Source: an uncultured Acidobacteriota bacterium (GTDB lineage: Bacteria; Acidobacteriota; UBA6911). Taken from it: a stretch of 64,000 bases of DNA. The notes beneath the pieces are model-generated. The model did not search any database and was not told where the DNA came from. It worked only from the letters and a program-made list of their open reading frames with translations. Made by a program: the position numbers and the translations under genes. Location of the stretch: positions 682,206-746,205 of the forward strand of contig CAVVHG010000006.1 of the NCBI GenBank assembly GCA_963747985.1. Direction: 5' to 3'. Positions 1 through 9,023 of this stretch are shown in pieces. Each line of letters starts with the position of its first letter. Positions within the stretch are counted from its first letter, which is position 1.

Positions 1-97
1 CTGATTACCCCGGTCACAGCTGATAGAGGGCGCACACCTTTTCCGAAAGGATGCCAGGCTGGCCAGTCAGTCCAACAGTTCTTGCTGGGAGTTAGCT

Positions 98-930
98 ATG
101 GATCTTGCAGAACTCACGAGGATGTACGATTTCAGAGGCAGGTCGATAGTCGTTACGGGCGGCGCCGGGATACTCGGGGGGAAATATGTTGCGCGCTTGT
201 TGGCTGCGGCGCCAAGGTGGCACTCCTGGACCGCGACCCGCAACTGGCAGACCGGCTGATGAAGCGCTTTGAGACATCCGTCGGCGAGGCGGTCGTGGTT
301 TATGGTGACGTGTTGAAGCCCGACACCCTGGAACAGGCGCGTCAGGTCATCCTCGATTCATTCGGCGGAATTGATGGCCTCGTCAACGCCGCGGGTGGTA
401 ACAAGCCGGAGGCCACTACAAGCCCTGAAAGGTCGTTCTTCGATCTCCCCGAGGAAGCCCTCCGCTTCGTGGTCGAACTGAACCTGCTCGGCACCATTCT
501 GCCCAGCCAGGTCTTCGGGAAGCACATGGCGGAGAAGGGCGAAGGTGTCATCCTCAACGTCTCGTCGATGAACGCCCTGCGCCCTCTCACTCGCGTGCTG
601 GGATATTCGGCGGCCAAAGCCGGGGTGACCAACTTCACGCAGTGGCTGGCTGTTCATCTCGCGCAGGAATACTCGCCGCGAATCCGCGTAAACGCGATCG
701 CTCCCGGTTTCTTCCTGACCGAGCAGAACCGGTATCTCCTCCTGGATCGGGAGACGGGAGAGCTGACCAAACGCGGCCAGGCTATCATCAGTCATACTCC
801 CATGGCGCGATTCGGGCAGCCCGAGGACCTTTTCGGCGCAGTTTTCTGGCTCCTCTCTCCCGCGTCGGCCTTCGTCACGGGGATCGTTGTCCCGGTCGAC
901 GGGGGTTTCTCCGCCTTTTCGGGGGTTTGA
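98..930 (+). CDS. SDR-family oxidoreductase (UxuB/D-mannonate- or mannitol-dehydrogenase-like), interrupted by a -1 frameshift in a G6 homopolymer near 176-181. Either a sequencing/assembly error or a pseudogene.
   Basis: The frame starting at ATG 98 encodes MDLAELTRMYDFRGRSIVVTGGAGILGG, the classic SDR Rossmann TGGxxGIG motif, then goes out of frame. The track frame 82..930 carries the rest of the SDR: NAAGGN, the catalytic YSAAK, and IRVNAIAPGFFLTEQNR. Inserting one G into the 6-G run joins the two halves into one canonical SDR of about 277 aa. Confidence 0.7.
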
Positions 931-944
931 ACACGGAGGTCGGT

Positions 945-2204
945 ATGCTACTTGGAGCCGGCTATGAGAACGGCGTCCTCTCCGAGAGCGAGATAACGCA
1001 GCTCACGCAAGAAGCGCTGTTGCACGCGCAGCTCGACGGGAAACGCGTGCTGGTCATTATTCCGGATGGTACCCGCACGGCGCCGATCCCCCTGATGTTC
1101 CGCCTGTTCCATGGCTGCCTCGGCGGCGCCCTCGCAGCCCTGGATTACCTCATCGCGCTCGGAACTCATCAGCCGATGACCGAGGATGCGATCAACCGTC
1201 TGGTGGGAGTGACCGCGGAACAGCGTGCGAAGGAGTATGCCCGGACAAGGGTCTTCAACCACAGATGGGATCTGCCCGACACGTTCGTCACGGTGGGGAA
1301 GATCAGCACCGGCGAAATCGAGGAGATCAGCGGCGGGCTGATGCATGAAGCGGTCGACGTCCGGGTGAACCGGCTGATATTCGATTATGACCAGATCATC
1401 GTCTGCGGCCCGACCTTCCCGCACGAGGTCGTAGGTTTTTCCGGAGGCAATAAGTACTTTTTCCCGGGCATCGGCGGAGCCTCGGTCATCAATTTCTCCC
1501 ATTGGCTCGGCGCCGTGATCACGAACTACGAAGTCATCGGCACCAAGTACACGCCGGTGCGCAGGGTGATCGACAGAGCTGCCGGCTGCATCGATCGCCC
1601 CAAGCTATGTTTCAGTATGGTGGTAAAGGACCATGACCTGGCCGGGCTGTTCGTTGGCTCGCCTGAAGAAGCCTATGAAGCCGCCGCAGACCTGTCCGCC
1701 AAGGTCCACATAACGCGGGTCGCAAAACCGTTTCGACGCGTCCTTTCCGTCATGCCCGGGATGTACGACGATATCTGGACTGCTGCCAAGGGTATGTACA
1801 AGCTCGAGCCGGCCGTCGCGGATGGAGGAGAGGTCGTCGTGTACGCGCCTCACATAGACGAAATCAGCTATACCCATGGCAGGCTCCTGGACGAGATCGG
1901 CTATCATGTGCGCGACTACTTCCTGAAGCAGTGGGACAAGTTCAAGCACTACCCGGGTGGGGTCCTGGCTCACAGCACGCACCTGCGCGGCCTCGGCACC
2001 TACGATCCGGTAACAGGATTTGAGTCGCCACGCATCCAGGTCACACTAGCGACGGCGATCCCCGAAGAGCGTTGCCGGCGCGTCAATCTCGGGTACCTCG
2101 ACCCGGCGAACATTGATCCTGCGGACTGGAAGGGCCGTGAGGATGAAGGGATCCTGATGGTACCGAAAGCAGGAGAAACGCTCTATCGACTGATTCAGGG
2201 CTGA
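945..2204 (+). CDS. LarA-superfamily protein (lactate-racemase-like; DUF2088 N-terminal domain). Candidate 2-hydroxy(sugar)acid racemase/epimerase.
   Basis: ATG at 945 is preceded by GGAGGT. The N-terminus MLLGAGYENGVL...KRVLVIIPDGTRTAPIP carries the LarA/DUF2088 signature 'PDGTR'. Length is about 419 aa, in frame with track ORF 642..2204. The upstream part of that ORF is low-complexity and unlikely to be coding. Confidence 0.65.
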   Translation: MLLGAGYENGVLSESEITQLTQEALLHAQLDGKRVLVIIPDGTRTAPIPLMFRLFHGCLGGALAALDYLIALGTHQPMTEDAINRLVGVTAEQRAKEYARTRVFNHRWDLPDTFVTVGKISTGEIEEISGGLMHEAVDVRVNRLIFDYDQIIVCGPTFPHEVVGFSGGNKYFFPGIGGASVINFSHWLGAVITNYEVIGTKYTPVRRVIDRAAGCIDRPKLCFSMVVKDHDLAGLFVGSPEEAYEAAADLSAKVHITRVAKPFRRVLSVMPGMYDDIWTAAKGMYKLEPAVADGGEVVVYAPHIDEISYTHGRLLDEIGYHVRDYFLKQWDKFKHYPGGVLAHSTHLRGLGTYDPVTGFESPRIQVTLATAIPEERCRRVNLGYLDPANIDPADWKGREDEGILMVPKAGETLYRLIQG

Positions 2205-2242
2205 TCTGCCTGCCAAGATCCGTTCCTCCCGGCGGTGATCCC

Positions 2243-3829
2243 ATGAGTGAAGATGCTACGTTCCCGGTTTTGTCTCAGCCGGCCCCCCAGTCCCCGGGGC
2301 TGACCGGCCGCCATCGCCTGGAGGAGGTCGCCCTCGTGCTCTCGGCCGACGACAACGTTGCCGTAGCCCGGGCAGATTTCTCGCGTGGCCTCGAACTGAC
2401 CCGCGAAGGACCCTCCATAGTCCTCAAGGACGCCGTCCCGGCCGGGCACAAGTTCGCCGTTCGTGAGATTCCCCAGGGATCTTCGATTACGAAGTATTCA
2501 CACGAGATCGGAAACGCGCTGTACCCGATCCAGCCGGGTGAGTGGGTGCACACCCACAATGTCCAGGTCGACCATGATCTGGAGCCCCGAGAGTATCCCG
2601 CATACCATCCTGCCCCGGTCGACTTGCCCTCCGGACTCCCGCGGACCTTTCGCGGTTACCGGCGTGGCGACGGAAGGGTAGGTACCCGCAACTATATCGC
2701 CGTACTGGCCGCCAGCAACTGCGCCAGCCACGTCTGCGTGCGTATCGCAGATGGACTCCGGGGAGCGCGAGGTGACGCGCTGGACGGCATCGTGGCACTC
2801 CCTCACCAGGACGGGTGCGGCGCCCATGACGGGCCCGACATCGACCAGCTCGAACGCACCCTCAAGGGCATTATCCTCAATGCCAATGTGGCTGCCGTCC
2901 TGATGGTTGGACTGGGCTGTGAGATCAACCATCTCGGCCGCTATGCGGGCTGCGGCTCCGGCCTTGGCGGACTGAAGCCTTTCGTGGGGATGGAAATCCA
3001 GTCTTTGGGCGGCACATCCGGCACGATCGCCGAAGGGACGCGCCGCCTGGAGGTTCTGGCGGAGGAGGTCCGCTCCCTGAGAAGAACCGAAGAGCCCGTG
3101 AGCCGCATCGTCCTCGGCCTCAACTGCGGCGGCTCGGATGCCTTTTCCGGCATCACAGCTAACCCGGCGCTGGGCCGCGCCAGTGATCTTGTCGTTGCAC
3201 TGGGTGGTGTCGCCGTCCTCGCAGAGACGCCCGAGATCTATGGAGCCGAGCAGAGCCTCGTGCGCCGCGCCATTGATGCGGAAACCGGCCGGAGACTCAT
3301 CCACGTTGTCAGCAGGTATCGGGACTATGCCGCGAGGTTCGGCGCCACGATGGACAGCAACCCCTCTCCGGGCAACCGCCGTGGCGGCATCACGAATATC
3401 GTCGAGAAATCACTTGCCGCCGTGATGAAAGGCGGTTCCGCGCCGCTCGTGCAGGTCCTCGATTTTGCGGAACAGGTCAGCCGCGCCGGCCTGGTCTTCA
3501 TGGACACACCGGGTTACGATCCGGTGTCGCTGACCGGCATCGCCGCCGGCGGGTGCAACGTGATCGCCTTCACGACCGGCCGTGGATCTGCGATCGGTTT
3601 CCCGATCGTCCCGGTAGTCAAGATCGCGAGCAACAGCCGGACATTTCACTCCATGCGCGACGACATGGACATAAATGCGGGTGAAATCCTGGTCGGGAAG
3701 GCCGGCATTCAAGAGAAGGGCGAGGAGATCTACCGCCGGCTGATAGAGGTAGCTTCCGGAGACCTTACCCGGAGCGAGGTACTGGGTCACTGCGAGTTCG
3801 CCCCCTGGCGAATCGGGCCGGTGATGTAG
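2243..3829 (+). CDS. uxaA: Altronate dehydratase / D-galactarate dehydratase family (UxaA/GarD; SAF N-terminal domain).
   Basis: A 528-aa product with an N-terminal SAF-like region (LEEVALVLSADDNVAVARADF...) and a long C-terminal dehydratase domain typical of the UxaA/GarD family. It sits in a sugar-acid context with the SDR and the LarA-like gene. Confidence 0.75.
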   Translation: MSEDATFPVLSQPAPQSPGLTGRHRLEEVALVLSADDNVAVARADFSRGLELTREGPSIVLKDAVPAGHKFAVREIPQGSSITKYSHEIGNALYPIQPGEWVHTHNVQVDHDLEPREYPAYHPAPVDLPSGLPRTFRGYRRGDGRVGTRNYIAVLAASNCASHVCVRIADGLRGARGDALDGIVALPHQDGCGAHDGPDIDQLERTLKGIILNANVAAVLMVGLGCEINHLGRYAGCGSGLGGLKPFVGMEIQSLGGTSGTIAEGTRRLEVLAEEVRSLRRTEEPVSRIVLGLNCGGSDAFSGITANPALGRASDLVVALGGVAVLAETPEIYGAEQSLVRRAIDAETGRRLIHVVSRYRDYAARFGATMDSNPSPGNRRGGITNIVEKSLAAVMKGGSAPLVQVLDFAEQVSRAGLVFMDTPGYDPVSLTGIAAGGCNVIAFTTGRGSAIGFPIVPVVKIASNSRTFHSMRDDMDINAGEILVGKAGIQEKGEEIYRRLIEVASGDLTRSEVLGHCEFAPWRIGPVM

Positions 3830-3953
3830 CCCTGACGGCCGCCATGCAGAGCGAGACACTGGCAGTCAGAAGGCGTTCGGGCCCTCGGATTTCTTCTTCT
3901 TTGATCCGTCCGAACGGACTCAGGACCTCCGTTGCATCACCGTTCAACGAATT

Positions 3954-6122
3954 TCAGTTGAACCAATAAGAGAGCTTCACCACCAGGCCGCGGTCCTTGT
4001 TCTGAAAGGTCCCGGGGTACGAATTGTCTGTGTACACGATGAACAGGTCGGATACCGGCGCGAAACGCCATTGCAACCGGATGTTCACGTTGATGTTGTC
4101 GATCTGGTTGTTGTATTGCACGTAGGTGGTCAGGAAAAGCTTGTCTGTGAACGTCAGGTCCAGGCGCGGACCGATCAGTACCAGGTTCGCGCTGCTGTAA
4201 GGCGCAGGCAGATCGATCTTGTCGTAGGAACCCGTCATGGTCAGGTTGCTGATCGGCTGCACGCGCCACTGCAGCTGGCCGTTCAGGTTCCACCGGGTGC
4301 CGTTGTAGTAGCCGCCATACCTGCTGCCGAGCCCATAGCTGAGCTGTTTCCGGCTGTCGGATTGGTAACTCAAACCCGCATCACGCCAATTGAAAACGGA
4401 CCCGCTCGCCAGTTGCACCCCCCCGGTGTTGGTCGGATCGAAAGGAGCCTGCAGCCTCACCATGGAATCCCGGACATCGAAGGAGAGGGAGTCGCGGCTT
4501 TGCCACTCAATCGAGTATCCCGCCTGGACCTGGCGGTCGCTCAGCTGGAAGCGCGAATCACGAAGAAAGTCGACCTTCAGGATGGGTCCGTGGCTGATCA
4601 GTTTGCTCGAGTCGGGGAGGAACTTGTACGCGAAGGTCGGGTTGATCTCGGCGTAGCCCTTCCTCCGGATATAGCCGACCTCCGCGACGTAATCGTCGCC
4701 GACGAACGCCTGCAGGACGGTGGCCGTGATGGAACGCGTGGAGTAGGTAATCCCCCCTGCGGCCGTAGCGGCTTTTGCCGATGCGCCGGGATAGAACGAC
4801 CGGTGGTAGAAAGCTTTTCCGGTCCACCGGTTATCGGCACTCGCCAGATTGTACTCGAGGCCGGCCACGCGGTTGTAGGGCGAGCCCGCCGCGGGTGCAT
4901 CCGTGCCTGTTGCCTCCCTGTTGACCATGAAGACGGTGAAGCTGGACCGGCTGAAGACCTTCCGCTGCAACGCCGCGACGGCATAATTGGCCGCAGGGTA
5001 GTCTTCCTTCGAGGCGACCTGGACGTCCATCAAACCGATCCGCCAGCCGTTTCCCAGGTTCCCGCTCAGCCTTGCGCCCGCATCCACACGCCGGTCGAGT
5101 CCGATCCGCCGGGAGAAAAAGGGACGGAGGTTGTCGGCCCCGAGATCGGCGAAAAGATCACTATTCTCGAGAAAGAACCGCCTCTTTTCGGGATAGAAAA
5201 GCTCGAACCGGTCGAGGTTGGTCTGCTGGGTGTCGACGTCAACCTGGGAATAGTCCGGATTCAGGGTAAGGTCCAGGTTCATGGACGTGGATAGAATGAC
5301 CTTGGCGTCCATCCCTGCGGACGCCTCCCGGCTGCTCGTGTCTTTCAGGTTGTCCTGGGTGGTTTTGGCCGAAACGTACGGGATCAGGGAATAACGCAGG
5401 CCGGCCCCTCCGAGCGGCTGCTCCCAGCGCAGCGTGCCGGCATAGCCGAGGTTGGCGGTCTGGAGGTTGCGGGGCATCGGCGCCCAGCTCGATTTCTCAT
5501 TCAGCTTCAGATCCAGGCGGTTGAAATTGATCCCCCACTCGGTCGCACCTTCCCGGTAGCGCATGCTCCGGAACGGGATTCCAAACTCCGCCACCCAGCG
5601 GTCATGGTAGTTGCGGACGGCTGACTTCCACTTGATGTCCCACTCGAGCGAGACAAGCCCGCCGTTGGCTTGAGAGCCCTCCCACTGCGCACCCGCTGCT
5701 GAAACGCCGAACGCAAATCCGTTCGTCAAATCATTGTAAGTGTCGATGAAGGCAATGAAGTTGTCGCTCTTCCCGAAAGCGAAGTCCCGTCGCAGCGATT
5801 CGACTATGCGCTTTCCCGGGGTGGGGTCGTAGCATACCGCGCCGATGTACAGATTAGATTCGTCATAGGCCACACGCACTTCCGTCGGAGCCTGGGCGGG
5901 GCCCGTGTCGTCCGGCGTCACCCGCCAGAAACCTTCGGCCCGGTCGGCCGTTTGCCAGGTCTCCTCGTCAAGCAGACCGTCGACCACGATCGCACCCGTC
6001 GTTCTCCGGGCATGGATCTGGTACTTCTCGCGATTGACCCCTTTGGTTTGCCCGAACATATCGCCGCCGGCCGCCAGCAAGATGGCGCAGGCGAGGAGGC
6101 CTGCCAGACAAATCCGCATCAC
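3954..6122 (-). CDS. Secreted/outer-membrane protein with an N-terminal CBM9-like (DOMON-type) domain and a DUF5916-like beta-rich C-terminal region.
   Basis: Signal peptide MMRICLAGLLACAILLAAGG. Contains the motif ...SLEWDIKWKSAVRNYHDRWVAEFGIPFRSMRY, the W.AE..IPF..LR signature of CBM9-like domains. The 722-aa protein ends ...KLSYWFN, an aromatic C-terminus typical of OM beta-barrels. Confidence 0.5.
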   Translation of the reverse strand: MMRICLAGLLACAILLAAGGDMFGQTKGVNREKYQIHARRTTGAIVVDGLLDEETWQTADRAEGFWRVTPDDTGPAQAPTEVRVAYDESNLYIGAVCYDPTPGKRIVESLRRDFAFGKSDNFIAFIDTYNDLTNGFAFGVSAAGAQWEGSQANGGLVSLEWDIKWKSAVRNYHDRWVAEFGIPFRSMRYREGATEWGINFNRLDLKLNEKSSWAPMPRNLQTANLGYAGTLRWEQPLGGAGLRYSLIPYVSAKTTQDNLKDTSSREASAGMDAKVILSTSMNLDLTLNPDYSQVDVDTQQTNLDRFELFYPEKRRFFLENSDLFADLGADNLRPFFSRRIGLDRRVDAGARLSGNLGNGWRIGLMDVQVASKEDYPAANYAVAALQRKVFSRSSFTVFMVNREATGTDAPAAGSPYNRVAGLEYNLASADNRWTGKAFYHRSFYPGASAKAATAAGGITYSTRSITATVLQAFVGDDYVAEVGYIRRKGYAEINPTFAYKFLPDSSKLISHGPILKVDFLRDSRFQLSDRQVQAGYSIEWQSRDSLSFDVRDSMVRLQAPFDPTNTGGVQLASGSVFNWRDAGLSYQSDSRKQLSYGLGSRYGGYYNGTRWNLNGQLQWRVQPISNLTMTGSYDKIDLPAPYSSANLVLIGPRLDLTFTDKLFLTTYVQYNNQIDNINVNIRLQWRFAPVSDLFIVYTDNSYPGTFQNKDRGLVVKLSYWFN

Positions 6123-6795
6123 TCACAAACCTTCTGCTGCGCACCGTTTCCGCGACACATCCTGTTTTGACCGTATTGCGGGAAACCGGCTCGAAAACCG
6201 GCCCTTTTTCCCCCTTGATGGGCGGGGGCAGGACGTGACTCTTCTGTGACTTCGGGGCCCCCGCCGCGAGCGCGGCCCGCAACTCGGCCTCCCCGTCGGC
6301 AGTCATCGTCGCCGCTCTCGGGTCCGCCATCCATCCGATTATAGCGGAAATCCGCGCGTTTCCGTCTTCGTCACCTGCATCTGGCCCTGGCCAGGCTTGC
6401 CGAAGCGGCACGATGCCAAGTCTGTCTGTTGCGGGAAGGCTCGTCAGATCAATCTACAAGCCACAGCCGCCGCCCCCGACTTCACCGAGCGCAGTTGTCA
6501 GCCGGCTGATCACCTTTCGAGCTCCCGTACGATGAAGGAGGTCAGCCGGGAGGCAGGCGGTTGATGCGGAGTGTCTTAGCCCGGACACTGCGGTTCCTGA
6601 CCGTGGATCCGAAGGTGGTATGCCCCACTGCCAAGCGTCTCACTGTTTCCGCGCGATGTTTGCCTGCCGACAGAGCAGATCGTTACCGGCTCCGGCTGGC
6701 AGAATCCCTTGTTGATCTTGCGGCTTGGCTGAGTTTGTTCGCCTTCCGGGATATGAGCGCCAGGAGAGGGAGGCGTCACCATTTCAGGGTTTCTA

Positions 6796-7446
6796 TCAAT
6801 TGGCGACGATCTCACGGGTGGTGCGGGGCTCCAGCCTGACGACGAGACGAGGAGACGGCCCGGAGGTGATCTCGTACTTGTATTCGCACGGGCGCTTTAG
6901 ATCCAGCACGATTCGGATCGCACCCGACTCCCACTCTGCCACGCGGACGCGGCCGACCAGCGTGCCGTCGGTTCGGGCCGCTTTCATCGCCCTGAACCCT
7001 TCAACCGGCGCCTCCGGCCGATGACTGTCCCGCAGATCGAAGTATATGCGTTCGGGGTTGTGGGCTTTATCCGTCCCGACCAGGGCGGTGGGCCCAAGCG
7101 CGATTGATACACTGGCGGAGTCTGTTTGTTCTGAATAGCTTACGGTCCCGATCGCCGGGGATACGGACTTCGGCGGCGCCAGGGTCGGTTCCTTGGCCGG
7201 CTCCTTCCCACTCGCGCCCACAGGCTTAATGGCTGCCGAGTCGTCCTTCGATGGCTGGCCGGCCGGTCCCCCGATGGACTTCGTTGCGGCTGTCGCTTTC
7301 CGCCCGACCGAGGCGTCGCGATCGGCGACCAGGAGACCGCCCGTCATGCCGATCAGCATGGCGGACACCAGAACCAAAAAGGTGACTCTCGAATCAGACG
7401 GCGCTGCTGCTTTCGGAGGGATCGGCTTCTGCGTCTCGGTGCTCAT
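6796..7446 (-). CDS. Membrane-anchored AMIN-domain protein.
   Basis: One N-terminal TM segment (VTFLVLVSAMLIGMTGGLLV), a Pro/Ala/Ser/Lys-rich linker, and a C-terminal segment RIYFDLRDS...LVGRVRVAEW...AIRIVLDLK...YKYEI...PRLVVRL matching the AMIN domain found at the N-termini of AmiC and PilQ. Confidence 0.5.
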   Translation of the reverse strand: MSTETQKPIPPKAAAPSDSRVTFLVLVSAMLIGMTGGLLVADRDASVGRKATAATKSIGGPAGQPSKDDSAAIKPVGASGKEPAKEPTLAPPKSVSPAIGTVSYSEQTDSASVSIALGPTALVGTDKAHNPERIYFDLRDSHRPEAPVEGFRAMKAARTDGTLVGRVRVAEWESGAIRIVLDLKRPCEYKYEITSGPSPRLVVRLEPRTTREIVAN

Positions 7447-7585
7447 CGTGGCTCCGTATCCGGCTGGCTGCCACCTTCATATCGATCCTCCGGGTTTGAG
7501 TCGTTAGGGTTTTGGGGAGTGGTGAATGACGCCCGGGAAGCCCGGATTTGTGTCTCTGGGATTGGTCCCGCGCCGCCGCTGCGGG

Positions 7586-8617
7586 TCAGGTTCGGAAACT
7601 GCCGGAAGTGCGTGCGGATTCGTAGGCGCTCAAGACCAGTTTCAGAGACTGCCGGCCCTCATGCCCATCTACCAAAGGCTTGCGCCCCTCACGGATTGCG
7701 GCTGCGAAATCGTCCATGACCCGGCGATGGCCCTCGAAGTCGATAGCCATGGGGTCGGCAGACCCGTCTGCGACCTCGCGTGAAGGGGGAGCGGGGTTGG
7801 GCGACCCGTCATGCATCGCCCAGGTTGTTATGTTGTCGCCATCGAGGATCGCTGTCCCCTCACTGCCGCTGATTTCCAGTCGGCGTTTGAATCCGGGATA
7901 GATCGACGTCCCTGCCTCGATCACGCCCAGCGCCCCGCTGCGAAAGCGCAGTGCCGCCACAAGGGTGTCTTCACCCTCAATCTGACCGTGTACCCTGCGG
8001 GCTGAAAATGCGGTCAGGGCTTCAACCGGGCCCATCATCCAGCGCAGAAGATCAACGGTGTGAATCGCCTGGTTGATCAGGGCTCCTCCCCCGTCCAGGG
8101 AGAGCGTGCCTCGCCATGGTGCCGAGCGATAGTAGGCCGGCGTGCGATACCACTTGATATAAGCACTTGCAGCCACGGGTGTCCCGAGTCGGCCGGTGTC
8201 GACCGCAGCCTTCAGGATCCGTGGGGCGTCCAGGAAGCGGGATTGGAGCGAGACTCCGAGGCAAACGCCTGCGCGTTCGCAGGCCTGGATCAGGGAATCG
8301 GCTGCGGCAAGGCTCACATCGATCGGCTTCTCAACAAGAACATGCTTCCCGTGGCGAGCCGTCGCGCACCCGAGGGCACTGTGGGTTCCCGACGGAGTGC
8401 AAATGTCCACCGCCTGGAGCGAGGGATCGGCCAGAAACTGCTCGATGTCCGTATGCCAGGGCGCCTGACATCGCTCTCCCAACTTCCGGGCCGACCCCGA
8501 GGAACGGGAGCAGACGGCTACCAGTTTCAGACCCGGCACATGCTTTATGGCTTCCGCGTGTATCGTAGCAACGTTCCCGCAACCAAGAATTCCAATCCCT
8601 ACAGGCGATTTGTCCAT
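7586..8617 (-). CDS. Gfo/Idh/MocA-family NAD(P)-dependent oxidoreductase (cytoplasmic).
   Basis: MDKSPVGIGILGCGNVATIHAEAIKHVPGLKLVAVCSRS is the GxGxxG Rossmann N-terminus, followed by the family's C-terminal alpha/beta domain. The start was taken at MDKS (aa 13 of the track ORF). Confidence 0.8.
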   Translation of the reverse strand: MDKSPVGIGILGCGNVATIHAEAIKHVPGLKLVAVCSRSSGSARKLGERCQAPWHTDIEQFLADPSLQAVDICTPSGTHSALGCATARHGKHVLVEKPIDVSLAAADSLIQACERAGVCLGVSLQSRFLDAPRILKAAVDTGRLGTPVAASAYIKWYRTPAYYRSAPWRGTLSLDGGGALINQAIHTVDLLRWMMGPVEALTAFSARRVHGQIEGEDTLVAALRFRSGALGVIEAGTSIYPGFKRRLEISGSEGTAILDGDNITTWAMHDGSPNPAPPSREVADGSADPMAIDFEGHRRVMDDFAAAIREGRKPLVDGHEGRQSLKLVLSAYESARTSGSFRT

Positions 8618-8723
8618 TGAGGGCCTCTCCGGTCCTGTATATCGCAGATGCACACGGAAAAGCAGCGCAAAAAGATGGTATTCTCTGAGGGCTCAACTCT
8701 CTGCGGTCAATGGAGGTAACAAC

Positions 8724-8930
8724 ATGCCCGGAACGTTCAAAGTAGTGCGAGTCGTCGGTACCTCACCCATCAGCTTCGCCGAGGCGGTCAAGTCGGCCGT
8801 GGTCGATGCTTCTGAAACTGTCCGTCACATGGCCTGGTTCGAAGTTGTGGAACAGCGGGGGAGGATCGAAGGCGGCGAGGTCAAGGAGTTTCAGGTTACG
8901 GTCAACGTCGGATTCAAAGTCGAACGCTGA
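8724..8930 (+). CDS. Dodecin (small flavin-binding protein).
   Basis: A 68-aa product MPGTFKVVRVVGTSPISFAEAVKSAVVDASETVRHMAWFEVVEQRGRIEGGEVKEFQVTVNVGFKVER with the dodecin signature (VGTS...W[FY]EV...G.I.....[FY]QVT..VGF). GGAGGT lies 6 nt upstream of ATG 8724. Confidence 0.8.
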   Translation: MPGTFKVVRVVGTSPISFAEAVKSAVVDASETVRHMAWFEVVEQRGRIEGGEVKEFQVTVNVGFKVER

Positions 8931-8953
8931 CCCCTGCCCGGAGCGGCGCCTTG

Positions 8954-8988
8954 GGAGCCCGGAGGTCGTCCAACCAACCCGGGCTCCC
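8954..8988. terminator. GC-rich hairpin between the convergent dodecin and aldo/keto-reductase genes (possible bidirectional terminator; no strong U-tract).
   Basis: GGGAGCCCGG-(15 nt)-CCGGGCTCCC is a perfect 10-bp inverted repeat. Confidence 0.4.
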
Positions 8989-9023
8989 GGAGATTTCGTC
9001 CGCTGCGCCACGCTCTTATCCCC

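Noticed and set aside
1-60. Possible GntR/LacI-type operator (ttACCccGGTcacaGCTGata) upstream of the hexuronate cluster.
   Set aside because: The dyad symmetry is weak (short ACC/GGT and CAGCTG cores only), and the site is at the window edge with no upstream context.
4071-5294. Long ORFs antisense to, or out of frame within, confidently assigned genes. Examples: 4071..5294, 14560..15702, 16130..16999, 17063..17962, 25809..26588, 26957..28288, 28352..29308, 35034..36527, 36697..37437, 39689..40753, 42897..43970, 48273..49232, 49274..50653, 54653..55720, 55543..56595, 56776..57789.
   Set aside because: High GC content suppresses stop codons on the opposite strand. Their translations are Arg/Ala/Gly/Pro-rich low-complexity sequences without recognisable domains. 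The sense genes have clear family signatures, RBSs and signal peptides.
5968-6411. A 147-aa minus-strand ORF overlapping the 5' end of the outer-membrane protein gene.
   Set aside because: It overlaps a better-supported gene in another frame, and its translation is low-complexity.
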